From a bacterium (GTDB taxonomy: Bacteria; Patescibacteriota; Dojkabacteria; SC72), in the NCBI GenBank assembly GCA_021108295.1, contig JAIORF010000005.1, forward strand, positions 136,531 through 200,530: a DNA stretch of 64,000 bases, given 5' to 3'. A program made the position numbers and the translations under genes. Below, piece after piece: positions 39,940-49,296 of this stretch (its first letter is position 1; each line of letters starts with the position of its first letter). Under the pieces are notes generated by a model, which did no database searches, had not been told where the DNA came from, and was given only the letters and a program-made list of their open reading frames with translations.

Positions 39940-41346
39940 ATGAAGAGATTTAATAAAGACTTATTTTGGTCTGTATTGGTAATTGTTATGTTTTTTCTTT
40001 CGACCAACATATATGCTCAGGAAGGAATAGACTTGGGAGCATCTTACGAAGCTACTGTAGAGGCGGTGAATGCAGGACAAGGCGCAGAGAAGGATGAGTA
40101 CAATTCTGCAAGATCACAGGCTGTAAGTGCTAATACGGCAGTTGTAAATGCGATCATTTACTTAGCACCTGAAGTCTCTTCAACATATCAAACAATGTTG
40201 GATTCAGAGACACTTCCACAAGATATGAAACGAGGTATCTATGGTATGACTGCTGATGGTGTATATACCATGTATGAGTCACAACCTCTTGTGAATGTTT
40301 ATGCACATCTGGCAGAGGAATGGGTGCCTGGTTATCAATCAACTACTTCGGTATATGCGGATTTCTCAACAGGTCCATATGATTCAGGATATGATGAGCT
40401 AGTGAATTCCGGTATTAGTGGTTTGTGGTCACAGGTCAGAAATATTACTTATGTAATCTTTATCCTAATCATGATAGTTGTTGGTTTTATGATTATGTTT
40501 AGGAGTAAATTAGATGGTCAGACATTAGTCTCTCTTGGAAATACATTACCAAATATTATTCTTGCTTTAATAGGGGTCACCTTTAGTTTTGCGATAGCGG
40601 GGTTGATAATAGATATTGGAGGAGTATTAATGGTAGTTCTAATTAATATATTTGATGTAAGTAGTGGCTATGATCAATTCATAACTCTCGAAAGTATTGG
40701 TGCATTATTTGGGGCTGTTGTCCCTCAAGGGATGGTTCAAGATGCCTCATCCTTTATTGCTGAACGAGGCATTGTAGGCAGAGGTCTCTTGGCAGTTGTT
40801 GGAGCAACCCTTGCCCCAGCTGCTGGTCTTGTAGCTTTATTACCAACATTAGTGATTTTAGGTGTTATGACTGTAGGGGTAATTAAAGTCTTCATAACTT
40901 TAATTAAGGCATATGTAGGTATTATAATAAATGTTATTACAGGGCCGTTCCAAATTGCAATGTCAGCGATTCCGGGTCAAAATGCAAGCTTCATCAATTG
41001 GGTGAAAAGTGTTATGAGAAATGTATTGGTATATCCAATTGTGTTTGCGATTTTAAACCTTCCTGGGATTATATATTCTTTGGCTGGAGAGGGAGGAATA
41101 TCTCTTCCTGGTCCGGATAAACTTACTCTGACTCAAAGTCCTGGTCAATTGAACCAAGAAATTGGTTTTGTATCGGGAGCATTAGTCTTCATATTGCAAA
41201 TCTTTGTACTTTTCGCAGCTTCCAAAGCAGATGCGTACGCTAATGCGATATTACCTCCAACATCATCAAAGGCTAGTGGAGATGCAGCTCTAGCTGCAAA
41301 GCAAGCTTTATCTGGAATACCTCTAATTGGGAAATTAATAAAGTAA
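39940..41346 (+). CDS. Polytopic membrane protein, VirB6/TrbL-like
   Basis: Signal peptide; W..VRNI.Y.......GF.IMFR, LP.IILALI..TFSFAIAGLIID, P......IPG...F..W. Confidence 0.55.
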   Translation: MKRFNKDLFWSVLVIVMFFLSTNIYAQEGIDLGASYEATVEAVNAGQGAEKDEYNSARSQAVSANTAVVNAIIYLAPEVSSTYQTMLDSETLPQDMKRGIYGMTADGVYTMYESQPLVNVYAHLAEEWVPGYQSTTSVYADFSTGPYDSGYDELVNSGISGLWSQVRNITYVIFILIMIVVGFMIMFRSKLDGQTLVSLGNTLPNIILALIGVTFSFAIAGLIIDIGGVLMVVLINIFDVSSGYDQFITLESIGALFGAVVPQGMVQDASSFIAERGIVGRGLLAVVGATLAPAAGLVALLPTLVILGVMTVGVIKVFITLIKAYVGIIINVITGPFQIAMSAIPGQNASFINWVKSVMRNVLVYPIVFAILNLPGIIYSLAGEGGISLPGPDKLTLTQSPGQLNQEIGFVSGALVFILQIFVLFAASKADAYANAILPPTSSKASGDAALAAKQALSGIPLIGKLIK

Positions 41347-41356
41347 TTAGAAATAT

Positions 41357-44134
41357 ATGGCTGGATATAAAGGCAAGAGTGAAACAATATCATCTGTATC
41401 AGATATTCTAGGTTTTATCCTAGAACAGTCTGAACTACCACCAGAGAAAAGAAGACCAGTAAGACCACCACAGACTGCAGATAGTCAAGCAAGTTCTGAA
41501 TATGCACAGACATTAGTGGATGCACTTGCTATGCCAGGAACGTTTGTAGGAGAAAAGTATCTCGAGACTGTTGAAGGGCTTGTAAGTCCAACTATTGCAA
41601 TAGGGACACAGACTGGTCGTATACCTAATGTCAAGATAACGGCTAGTGCATTACCAGAGTTTTTTGAAAATCCTGATGAGTTTGTAGATAAATTGTTCCA
41701 GAAGAACAAAGACATATCTAAGATGCAGAAAATTAGATGGGCAGGTGAACAGATGAGGGTATTGGCAGGTAGTACATATGCTAAGAAAATGGGTTTATTC
41801 GATGACTATGGAGATCTTAAATCTACTCTTGAAAGAGGTCTAGGACAGGTTGCAATGGACTCTGGGAATGAAAGAGATAAGCAGTGGATTACAAAAGCAT
41901 CAATAGATATCAAGGAGCATGGGATGGTAAATAGTGTTAGTGTTAAAGATTTGGAAAGGAGGAAGAAAGTAGCGCATAGTATAAAGGGGAAAGAGCGTAT
42001 TCAAGGACAAATTGAAGCGTTGTCATTTAAGCACGGCAGTGAGGAAGAAGCGAAGAAGGATCAGGACATTGGAACATTTAGGTCTCTCTTGGGTTTAGAG
42101 TTTGATGAGCGAAGAATTAAGATTCTCGATGGAAGGGATCTTAAAGATCTCGATTCTAAAGAACTAGATTCTTTTAAGAAGGTCCAAAGTGCTTCAAACA
42201 CACTGTCTTTATGGTCTGGATATGAAAAATTAGACCATAGAGGTATGAAGGATAAGTGGTCTAATATTAGAGAGCAGAGAAAAGAGATTTCCGATATAAA
42301 GCAAGGGTTTGGTGATCGATTGAAGGCAATCAAGAATGGGACAACAATCACTCTTGACGACGGCAATACGATTGATTATGGAAAGTTGTCATCCTCAGAT
42401 AGGCAGAAAGAAAAAGCATATATTAGCAAGAATCTCAAACAATTAAGTACAACAGAAAGATCTCTAACTAGTGTATATCTTTGGAGTAAAATAGGCCAGG
42501 CTGAGGGGGTATATCATGGTCTCAAGCAGACTTTTGGTCCTGGAGGTGTTGAAGCTTTCTTGAATGGAGATTTCTTTGATCCAAATAAGGGTTTCTTTGG
42601 ATGTCCTTCTGCAAAAGGGAAGTTTAGAGGAGTAGAGTTTGTTACGTCTAAAAGTACAAAATATAAGAAAGAGAAAGGTGGGAAATATAAAGCGACCCTT
42701 ACGGACACATACAATGATACCATGGTGCGGCTATACTACCTCAATCCAACAACCTGGATGAAAACTGCTTTTAACGGTTCAGGCTTTGCCTGGATAGCAG
42801 AAAACCGTGAGGTGTCTTTAGCCAAGATGTGGGGTGTTAAAGAAAGTAGAATTTTTAAAGACTTACAGAAGCCTGAATTTTGGGCATTCTATAAGAGATA
42901 TAAGGATCTTGATCCTACAAAACAAACCTTAATGCTTGATAGAGATCCTAAATATAAAGCCCTACTAGGATATATTAGCAAAGGATTAGGAGAAAAGGCA
43001 TTTGCCAAGAAATTTAAACAAGCAGAGAAAATATTCAAGAGCTTAGAAAGGTTTTCAGGATTGTCAAGATTCTTTAGTACTCCAACAAGAATACGTGATT
43101 ATATTGTGGAGGGAACTATTGGGAAAGTACAAAAAGGTTTTAGGAATAATGCGTATAGGGTTTTGTCTAAAATGAAAATCTTTACAAATTCTGAAGCTGC
43201 CAAATCTCTGTTGAGAACTTGGAAGGCAACAGGAGGATCCTCTCTTTCAGCAGCAATTGCTCAAGGTATTTTGACTGCTCTAGGTGCAGCAAGTAGTGTA
43301 GTTGCAGGACCTTTAGGTGTAGCTTTAACATTGGCAGTATCGGTTATTCTAGAAAAAGTTGCCAAAGTATCAATCAAAGTATTTATTTATGCTTTTATAG
43401 GAATCTTTGGTGCAATAATATTACTAGGAGCTTCAATAGAGTTTGGTAGCAGAGCACAAGTAGACTCATACTCTAGAGAAATCCCAGGTACGATATATGA
43501 GAATCCAAACTTTGGTGGATATGGAGGTTTTTACTCTGGATGGTTTAGTGGTGGTGGAGGGAATTTTGTTCCTCCTCCTATAAATATCCCTGCACCAACA
43601 AACTCTTCCTGTCCACTCGGGGATGTTAAATATCGTTGCTCTCAAGGATTTACTCGTACAGTATGTTCGCACAAGAATATTACACATAAATACCCAGTAG
43701 ACCTGACAGGCTTCTCGTTCTTCTATGCCCCACAATACTGTGACACATCCACTTGTACTGCAAGTCTGTCAAGCATGGCCGCATGGCGATGTAGTGACGG
43801 TAGTTTTACTGGACGAAACATAGAGTTTAGTGATGGACAAGGAAATGTTTTCAATCTAATGCATACAAAACTAATATCACCAGGTAATGGACGCAACTAC
43901 AAAGCAGGTGAGCCAGTCGCATATATCTACCAATATGCAGCCGAAATGGTTGCTGATGATCCACTAGGGATTACTAAGCCTAATAAGAATGGAGTCTTCT
44001 ACTGTTGGACAGGAGCCCATATACACCTTACAATTACACATAATGGTCAGTACATTGACCCTATTGCATTCTTAGTTGAAATGGGATGTACAAATGGAGC
44101 CCAATCAGAGTCTGAATGTCCTCCATGTAAGTAA
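41357..44134 (+). CDS. Large membrane protein with a C-terminal Cys-rich M23-like peptidase domain
   Basis: TM cluster, Gly/Pro linker, SQGF..H..(PV)D, LMH, TGAHIHLTI...IDP. Confidence 0.7.
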   Translation: MAGYKGKSETISSVSDILGFILEQSELPPEKRRPVRPPQTADSQASSEYAQTLVDALAMPGTFVGEKYLETVEGLVSPTIAIGTQTGRIPNVKITASALPEFFENPDEFVDKLFQKNKDISKMQKIRWAGEQMRVLAGSTYAKKMGLFDDYGDLKSTLERGLGQVAMDSGNERDKQWITKASIDIKEHGMVNSVSVKDLERRKKVAHSIKGKERIQGQIEALSFKHGSEEEAKKDQDIGTFRSLLGLEFDERRIKILDGRDLKDLDSKELDSFKKVQSASNTLSLWSGYEKLDHRGMKDKWSNIREQRKEISDIKQGFGDRLKAIKNGTTITLDDGNTIDYGKLSSSDRQKEKAYISKNLKQLSTTERSLTSVYLWSKIGQAEGVYHGLKQTFGPGGVEAFLNGDFFDPNKGFFGCPSAKGKFRGVEFVTSKSTKYKKEKGGKYKATLTDTYNDTMVRLYYLNPTTWMKTAFNGSGFAWIAENREVSLAKMWGVKESRIFKDLQKPEFWAFYKRYKDLDPTKQTLMLDRDPKYKALLGYISKGLGEKAFAKKFKQAEKIFKSLERFSGLSRFFSTPTRIRDYIVEGTIGKVQKGFRNNAYRVLSKMKIFTNSEAAKSLLRTWKATGGSSLSAAIAQGILTALGAASSVVAGPLGVALTLAVSVILEKVAKVSIKVFIYAFIGIFGAIILLGASIEFGSRAQVDSYSREIPGTIYENPNFGGYGGFYSGWFSGGGGNFVPPPINIPAPTNSSCPLGDVKYRCSQGFTRTVCSHKNITHKYPVDLTGFSFFYAPQYCDTSTCTASLSSMAAWRCSDGSFTGRNIEFSDGQGNVFNLMHTKLISPGNGRNYKAGEPVAYIYQYAAEMVADDPLGITKPNKNGVFYCWTGAHIHLTITHNGQYIDPIAFLVEMGCTNGAQSESECPPCK

Positions 44135-44142
44135 TACAAATT

Positions 44143-45084
44143 ATGAACAAAAAAACACTTAAAATTTTAATAATAGTAACTGTAGGAATGATACTCCTTA
44201 TAGGAGCATTCCTCATATACTCCTTACTCCAGCCAAAAGCATTAGAAGGTGAATTGATAGATACGAATCCATACCTCAATGACAATACCGAATACAATTT
44301 GAGTATAGAAGCAACAATTGAAACGAAAGACTCTCCTCTCTATATATGCAAATCCAATACAATACCAGAATATTTAGATTCTTTCGCGTCGAAAATTGAT
44401 AATGGCTTGCAAAAAACATCTGATATGAATTTTGTAACATGGGGGAAAGACGGAGAGGTAATAGTGAGATATGATATAGATACAACAGTACTCATGATTA
44501 ATTTATCCCAGTACCCAGAAGCGATGAGATTTAACTCAATAGAAGACTTTATAATTACCTACCTAGATCCTACAATTAAATATGTAGACCCAATTATAGA
44601 CGAAGGAGAAGGGTTTAAAATGTATAGAGTAAATAGAATTATAGACGAGCAAGAAATAAAGACGGGCTCAGGTAGTTCGGACTATTTCTATACCGAAAAA
44701 GGATACCTTAAGACTGCAAGAGTACTACTAGCGCAAATAGAGAAATCTGAATTTATAGCCCCTATGATAGAGGACATAGCTCTTTTAGAGCGATATCTCT
44801 CTTCTCCACAATATCCTAAAATGATAACAATAGATACAACTGGAGTGATAACTTCTGATGAATTCACCTACGAAACCATGGATGTTGAGATAGAATATGA
44901 GAAATGTTCTATCAATAAAATTGAGCCAGTTCTTTACTTTGTCAATTGCAATCAGAACTTCCTGTACTACTCCTACGAAATCTCAGGAGTATGTGATGTT
45001 GAATATGAAAAAGGACTCTTTAGTGTACCTTTTGTAGGATTCATGAACGCAATAGACCCTGAATATGTCAAAAGTGGAGAATAG
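44143..45084 (+). CDS. Membrane-anchored hypothetical protein
   Basis: N-terminal TM helix; 8 nt downstream of the preceding gene. Confidence 0.7.
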   Translation: MNKKTLKILIIVTVGMILLIGAFLIYSLLQPKALEGELIDTNPYLNDNTEYNLSIEATIETKDSPLYICKSNTIPEYLDSFASKIDNGLQKTSDMNFVTWGKDGEVIVRYDIDTTVLMINLSQYPEAMRFNSIEDFIITYLDPTIKYVDPIIDEGEGFKMYRVNRIIDEQEIKTGSGSSDYFYTEKGYLKTARVLLAQIEKSEFIAPMIEDIALLERYLSSPQYPKMITIDTTGVITSDEFTYETMDVEIEYEKCSINKIEPVLYFVNCNQNFLYYSYEISGVCDVEYEKGLFSVPFVGFMNAIDPEYVKSGE

Positions 45085-45099
45085 TTGGTACAATGTAGT

Positions 45100-46254
45100 A
45101 TGAAAATAAAAAATCTTTTACTAACAATCTTCTTTTTAACAATATTCATCACCCCAATACTAGGATATACCGACTCACACACAGATTTTGATACCTCGCT
45201 AGTGGCTGGTATACAGTATCAATATAGCCAACCAACTAAAATTCTCTTTACCCAAATAGAAGGTAGCTATGAATCTCTAAATCTAAGTACACAAGACTAC
45301 CTCGATGTAATATATTACTACTCAATTACAAAACTTAAACTAGGAAATATCCCATTCCACTATGCAATTGATGAAAACGGAGATGTTTTCAGTACACAGA
45401 ATGTAGATGCTCTTAAGCTTACGGATGAACAATATATTGTAATTGCCTACCTTTCGAATAATCCTCAAGTAAGTAATAAGGCAAGAAATTCCATTCTAGA
45501 AGTTGCAAATGACCTCTCCTACAAATATGGGATTACCCAATATGACACTTACTCTTACAATATTGTAGAAACTGAAGACATACTCTCAAAACTTGAACTA
45601 GTAGATCCTAATAATCTCTTTTTTACATCAATTGACGACAGTTTGGAAGAATGGGAAATAAGTGAAAGAGAGCATCTAGATTACGAAGCTGAGATTGAGA
45701 ATATAGAGTATGAAGAAAGTGTAGAGATAGGGAATACACTACAAGTTAAAGTAACAGTTAAGAATGGAAATGACTTTGTATGGCTTTCTGACAAATACCC
45801 AATATATATATCAGTAAAAGATTCTCGGGAAAGTATATACGCACTAAATGGAGAATGGGATAGTTTTAGCAAACCTGTACACATATCCTCTGATAGATAT
45901 GTACTACCAGGAGAGAGTATAGAGATGACATTTAAACTAGATCCTAAAGTATTACCAGGGAAAAATGCAGAAGCATTTGAGATTCATAAGTTTGCAAAAG
46001 AAGTGTTTTTAGAATCTGAATTTGTAGTGGAATTTACTGTAGTAAAGGGAGACAACACATTGGTGAAAATGGTGTCTCCAGAATTCGGATTTGTAAATAT
46101 AAGGGAATGTAGATGGTATAGCTGTGAGAAAATTGAAGTAGCAAATGATGGAGAAGTTTACATTGTAGTAAAAGAAGAAGAAGGATGGTATCAAATTCTC
46201 TTTGGACAGGACAAAGAAGGGTGGGTATACGGTAAGTATGCCAAAGAAATTTAG
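45100..46254 (+). CDS. Exported protein: degenerate amidase_2/PGRP-like + NBR1-Ig-like + SH3b
   Basis: IPFHYAIDENGDVF; VTVKNG...W..VLPGE; VNIRE...GWYQI....EGWV. Confidence 0.65.
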   Translation: MKIKNLLLTIFFLTIFITPILGYTDSHTDFDTSLVAGIQYQYSQPTKILFTQIEGSYESLNLSTQDYLDVIYYYSITKLKLGNIPFHYAIDENGDVFSTQNVDALKLTDEQYIVIAYLSNNPQVSNKARNSILEVANDLSYKYGITQYDTYSYNIVETEDILSKLELVDPNNLFFTSIDDSLEEWEISEREHLDYEAEIENIEYEESVEIGNTLQVKVTVKNGNDFVWLSDKYPIYISVKDSRESIYALNGEWDSFSKPVHISSDRYVLPGESIEMTFKLDPKVLPGKNAEAFEIHKFAKEVFLESEFVVEFTVVKGDNTLVKMVSPEFGFVNIRECRWYSCEKIEVANDGEVYIVVKEEEGWYQILFGQDKEGWVYGKYAKEI

Positions 46255-46281
46255 TCATATATTAATTAGAACACCAATCAC

Positions 46282-48294
46282 ATGAACAACAGTGATACGA
46301 TACTGTCTAGACTCAATCCACAACAAAGAATTGCAGTACAACATACAGATGGACCACTCCTCGTATTTGCAGGAGCAGGGTCTGGTAAGACCAGAGTTAT
46401 AACCAATCGTATAGCATACCTCATATCAGAGAAATCAATTAACCCCACCAACATACTAGCTGTAACCTTTACTAAGAAAGCCGCAGGAGAGATGAGAGAA
46501 AGAGTGTCTGAAATGCTTGGAGAGATAGGAGTGGGAGGAGACCTACTGCCAACCATAGGGACATTCCATTCAATTGGGGCTATGATTCTCAGACATAATG
46601 CGAAGGAAGTAGGCCTATCTCCAAACTTTTCAATCTATGATTCCTCAGACTCAGAAAACTTAATCAAAGAAATACTTTTAGAAAGGGATATAGATATAAA
46701 ACAAGTGAAACCTAAATCAATAGCATACTTCATATCTAGTGCAAAGAATGAATTCATATCCGCAGAACAATTCCCAAATCACTACGGAGGATACATTGAA
46801 GATATCGTAGCCCAGATATATCCTCAATACCAAAAACAACTCCTTGCACAAAACAGTGTAGACTTCGGAGATCTACTCTACCTCTGTGTAAAACTCCTAG
46901 AAGACAACAAAGAGATATTGAGTAAGTACCAAGAGAAATTTAAATATATCATGGTAGACGAATACCAAGATACCAATACAGTACAGTATAAATTTATAAA
47001 ACTCCTATCTTCCAAATTTAAGAACCTCTGTGTAGTAGGAGACGACGACCAAGGGATATATGCATGGAGAGGAGCCGATATTAAAAATATCCAATCGTTT
47101 GAAACAGATTTTGATAATGTGAAAGTTGTAAAACTAGAACAAAACTACAGATCTACAAAAAATGTCATAGAAGCCGCAGTCGCAGTAATTGAACAAAACA
47201 ATACAAGAATTAAAAAGAAACTGTGGACAGCAAAAGGTAATGGTGATGAGATAACAGTATACCAAGCAAGAGATCAAGAAGAAGAAGCGGAATATGTAAT
47301 TGATGAGATAAGTGAACTAAGAAGGAAAAATGTGAATCTGTCATCTATTGCAGTTCTTTACCGTACTAACTTCCAGTCAAGAGTAATTGAAGAAACACTA
47401 CTAAGCAATGGATTACCATATAAATTAGTAGGTGGTTTCCGATTCTATGATAGACAAGAAATTAAAGACATTCTTAGCTATCTAAGATGTATAGTGAATC
47501 TAAAAGATGAACTAAGTTTAAGTAGAGTAATCAATGTACCAAGTAGGAAGATGGGACCAAAGAGTGTAGCCAAGCTACACGATATCGCCAAGGTAGTGCA
47601 ATGCACACTAGGAGAATTACTTGTAGGTGCATATCTTGTTAATAATACAGAATTTCAGAGTAGTACGAATTTTGATAAGGGGATAATTAAGAAAGTAGAA
47701 CCATATATCAACGATATTAATAAATACCAGTCGGTAGTAATCACATTTGGAAGTATATATGTAAATTCCCAGGGTAAAGATGCTCTAGAAGCAATAGAGA
47801 CAGTTCTCTCTCAGACAAAATATATACAATCAATTGATGATGGTAGTGAACAAGCAGGGTATAAAAAGGAAAATATTGAGGAGCTGAAGAATGTAGCTAA
47901 TACATATGTAACAAGATATGGAGATAAATCATTGGAGATGTTTTTACAAGAGATTGCACTTATAGAACAAGAACAGGATAAAAATAAAGATGGAAGTGGT
48001 ATGAATGTAAACCTTATGACGCTACATTCATCCAAAGGCTTAGAATTTGACTATGTCTTTATGATAGGTGTAGAGGAGGGAATACTGCCTCATTCTAGAT
48101 CGTTTACAAATGAGAAAGAACTAGAAGAAGAAAGAAGACTTTGCTATGTAGGTATTACTAGAGCAAGGGAAAAGCTATACATGATATTTGCAGAAAGAAG
48201 AAGAACAAGAGAAGGATACTCAAATCAAATACCATCTAGGTTCTTAGGAGAAATACCTCAGGATATTTGTGAGTACTTTAGTTGGCAGTCGTAA
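46282..48294 (+). CDS. pcrA: UvrD/PcrA ATP-dependent DNA helicase
   Basis: AGAGSGKT, VTFTKKAA, DEYQDTN, QNYRST, HSSKGLEF, EERRLCYVGITRA. Confidence 0.96.
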   Translation: MNNSDTILSRLNPQQRIAVQHTDGPLLVFAGAGSGKTRVITNRIAYLISEKSINPTNILAVTFTKKAAGEMRERVSEMLGEIGVGGDLLPTIGTFHSIGAMILRHNAKEVGLSPNFSIYDSSDSENLIKEILLERDIDIKQVKPKSIAYFISSAKNEFISAEQFPNHYGGYIEDIVAQIYPQYQKQLLAQNSVDFGDLLYLCVKLLEDNKEILSKYQEKFKYIMVDEYQDTNTVQYKFIKLLSSKFKNLCVVGDDDQGIYAWRGADIKNIQSFETDFDNVKVVKLEQNYRSTKNVIEAAVAVIEQNNTRIKKKLWTAKGNGDEITVYQARDQEEEAEYVIDEISELRRKNVNLSSIAVLYRTNFQSRVIEETLLSNGLPYKLVGGFRFYDRQEIKDILSYLRCIVNLKDELSLSRVINVPSRKMGPKSVAKLHDIAKVVQCTLGELLVGAYLVNNTEFQSSTNFDKGIIKKVEPYINDINKYQSVVITFGSIYVNSQGKDALEAIETVLSQTKYIQSIDDGSEQAGYKKENIEELKNVANTYVTRYGDKSLEMFLQEIALIEQEQDKNKDGSGMNVNLMTLHSSKGLEFDYVFMIGVEEGILPHSRSFTNEKELEEERRLCYVGITRAREKLYMIFAERRRTREGYSNQIPSRFLGEIPQDICEYFSWQS

Positions 48295-49218
48295 CTACCT
48301 ATCATACTCCCCATACTTAGCTACATATTTTCTATGACAACTAGGCCAATAGGAGTAAAGTTTTGCACCCTTTCTGATTTTTATAATAGTATTTTTAATC
48401 TGAGCATATCCATCATAAATATTGTCCTTTGGATAAAATATGCTCCAATACTTAGGATGCCACTGATAAAGTCCCTTGTATGTTGAATTCTTATCACTCT
48501 CCGCATTACAACCAGACTCACAATACATTACAAAATTTAACCACTCCTTTTCTCGTTCTGTATAATTCCCACTATTAACTACACTACGCCAATGTGTACA
48601 GTTGTATCCATAAGTCTTCTCTAAATCTCCAATACCAAGACTCAATACACCAACCTTCACTACCTCCTTAACTGACTCACGACTAATTCTTTCAGAAAGT
48701 ATTACCTCTGATACCAACTTACCATCTTCGTAAACCCTCTCTATCTCTTGTGTACGAACACCAAGCACACCCTTTTGTGTGACTAATGTATCACCATATG
48801 GGATATCCTTTGTATTAATCTTTTCTGTTTGGAATGGGATATCAATATCGAATCCCTCGACAACAGTACCCACAGTAATTACTCTGATTACACTACCAGC
48901 CTGAACTTCTTGAGATATACTAACTATTCTCTTACTGTTATCCACCACTACTCCAAGATCCTTGAGAAGACTTAAGGCATCCTCCCTGTTTGTCAGTACC
49001 TGTGTAGACCGTCCATTAATTACTACAGTAACTAAACTTAAATCAAACACATGATTACTCTCTTGGGTATTGAAATTAAGTAAAATATTAGAAACATCAG
49101 CAACCCCTCTGTCATTGTAAGCATGGGTATATTTCGGATTAATACCAATTAAAACAACTGGTAGAAGTAGGGAAAGGCAAATTGTAGAAGTTAGAATCAC
49201 TAACTTTGAGATTTTCAT
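48295..49218 (-). CDS. G5-domain protein with Rpf/lysozyme-like C-terminal domain
   Basis: Signal/TM, DUF348-like segment, G5 (IPF....QKGVLG...DG), CESG.N....YKGLYQW. Confidence 0.75.
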   Translation of the reverse strand: MKISKLVILTSTICLSLLLPVVLIGINPKYTHAYNDRGVADVSNILLNFNTQESNHVFDLSLVTVVINGRSTQVLTNREDALSLLKDLGVVVDNSKRIVSISQEVQAGSVIRVITVGTVVEGFDIDIPFQTEKINTKDIPYGDTLVTQKGVLGVRTQEIERVYEDGKLVSEVILSERISRESVKEVVKVGVLSLGIGDLEKTYGYNCTHWRSVVNSGNYTEREKEWLNFVMYCESGCNAESDKNSTYKGLYQWHPKYWSIFYPKDNIYDGYAQIKNTIIKIRKGAKLYSYWPSCHRKYVAKYGEYDR

Positions 49219-49258
49219 AATGTGTATGAGTATATCATGATTACTTTGTAAGTTAAAT

Positions 49259-49287
49259 TTGACAATTATCTAGCTCTAAATTATGCT
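49259..49287 (+). promoter_or_regulatory. Sigma70 promoter for the TPR gene
   Basis: TTGACA-17-TATGCT, 9 nt before ATG. Confidence 0.7.
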
Positions 49288-49296
49288 AGAAATAGT

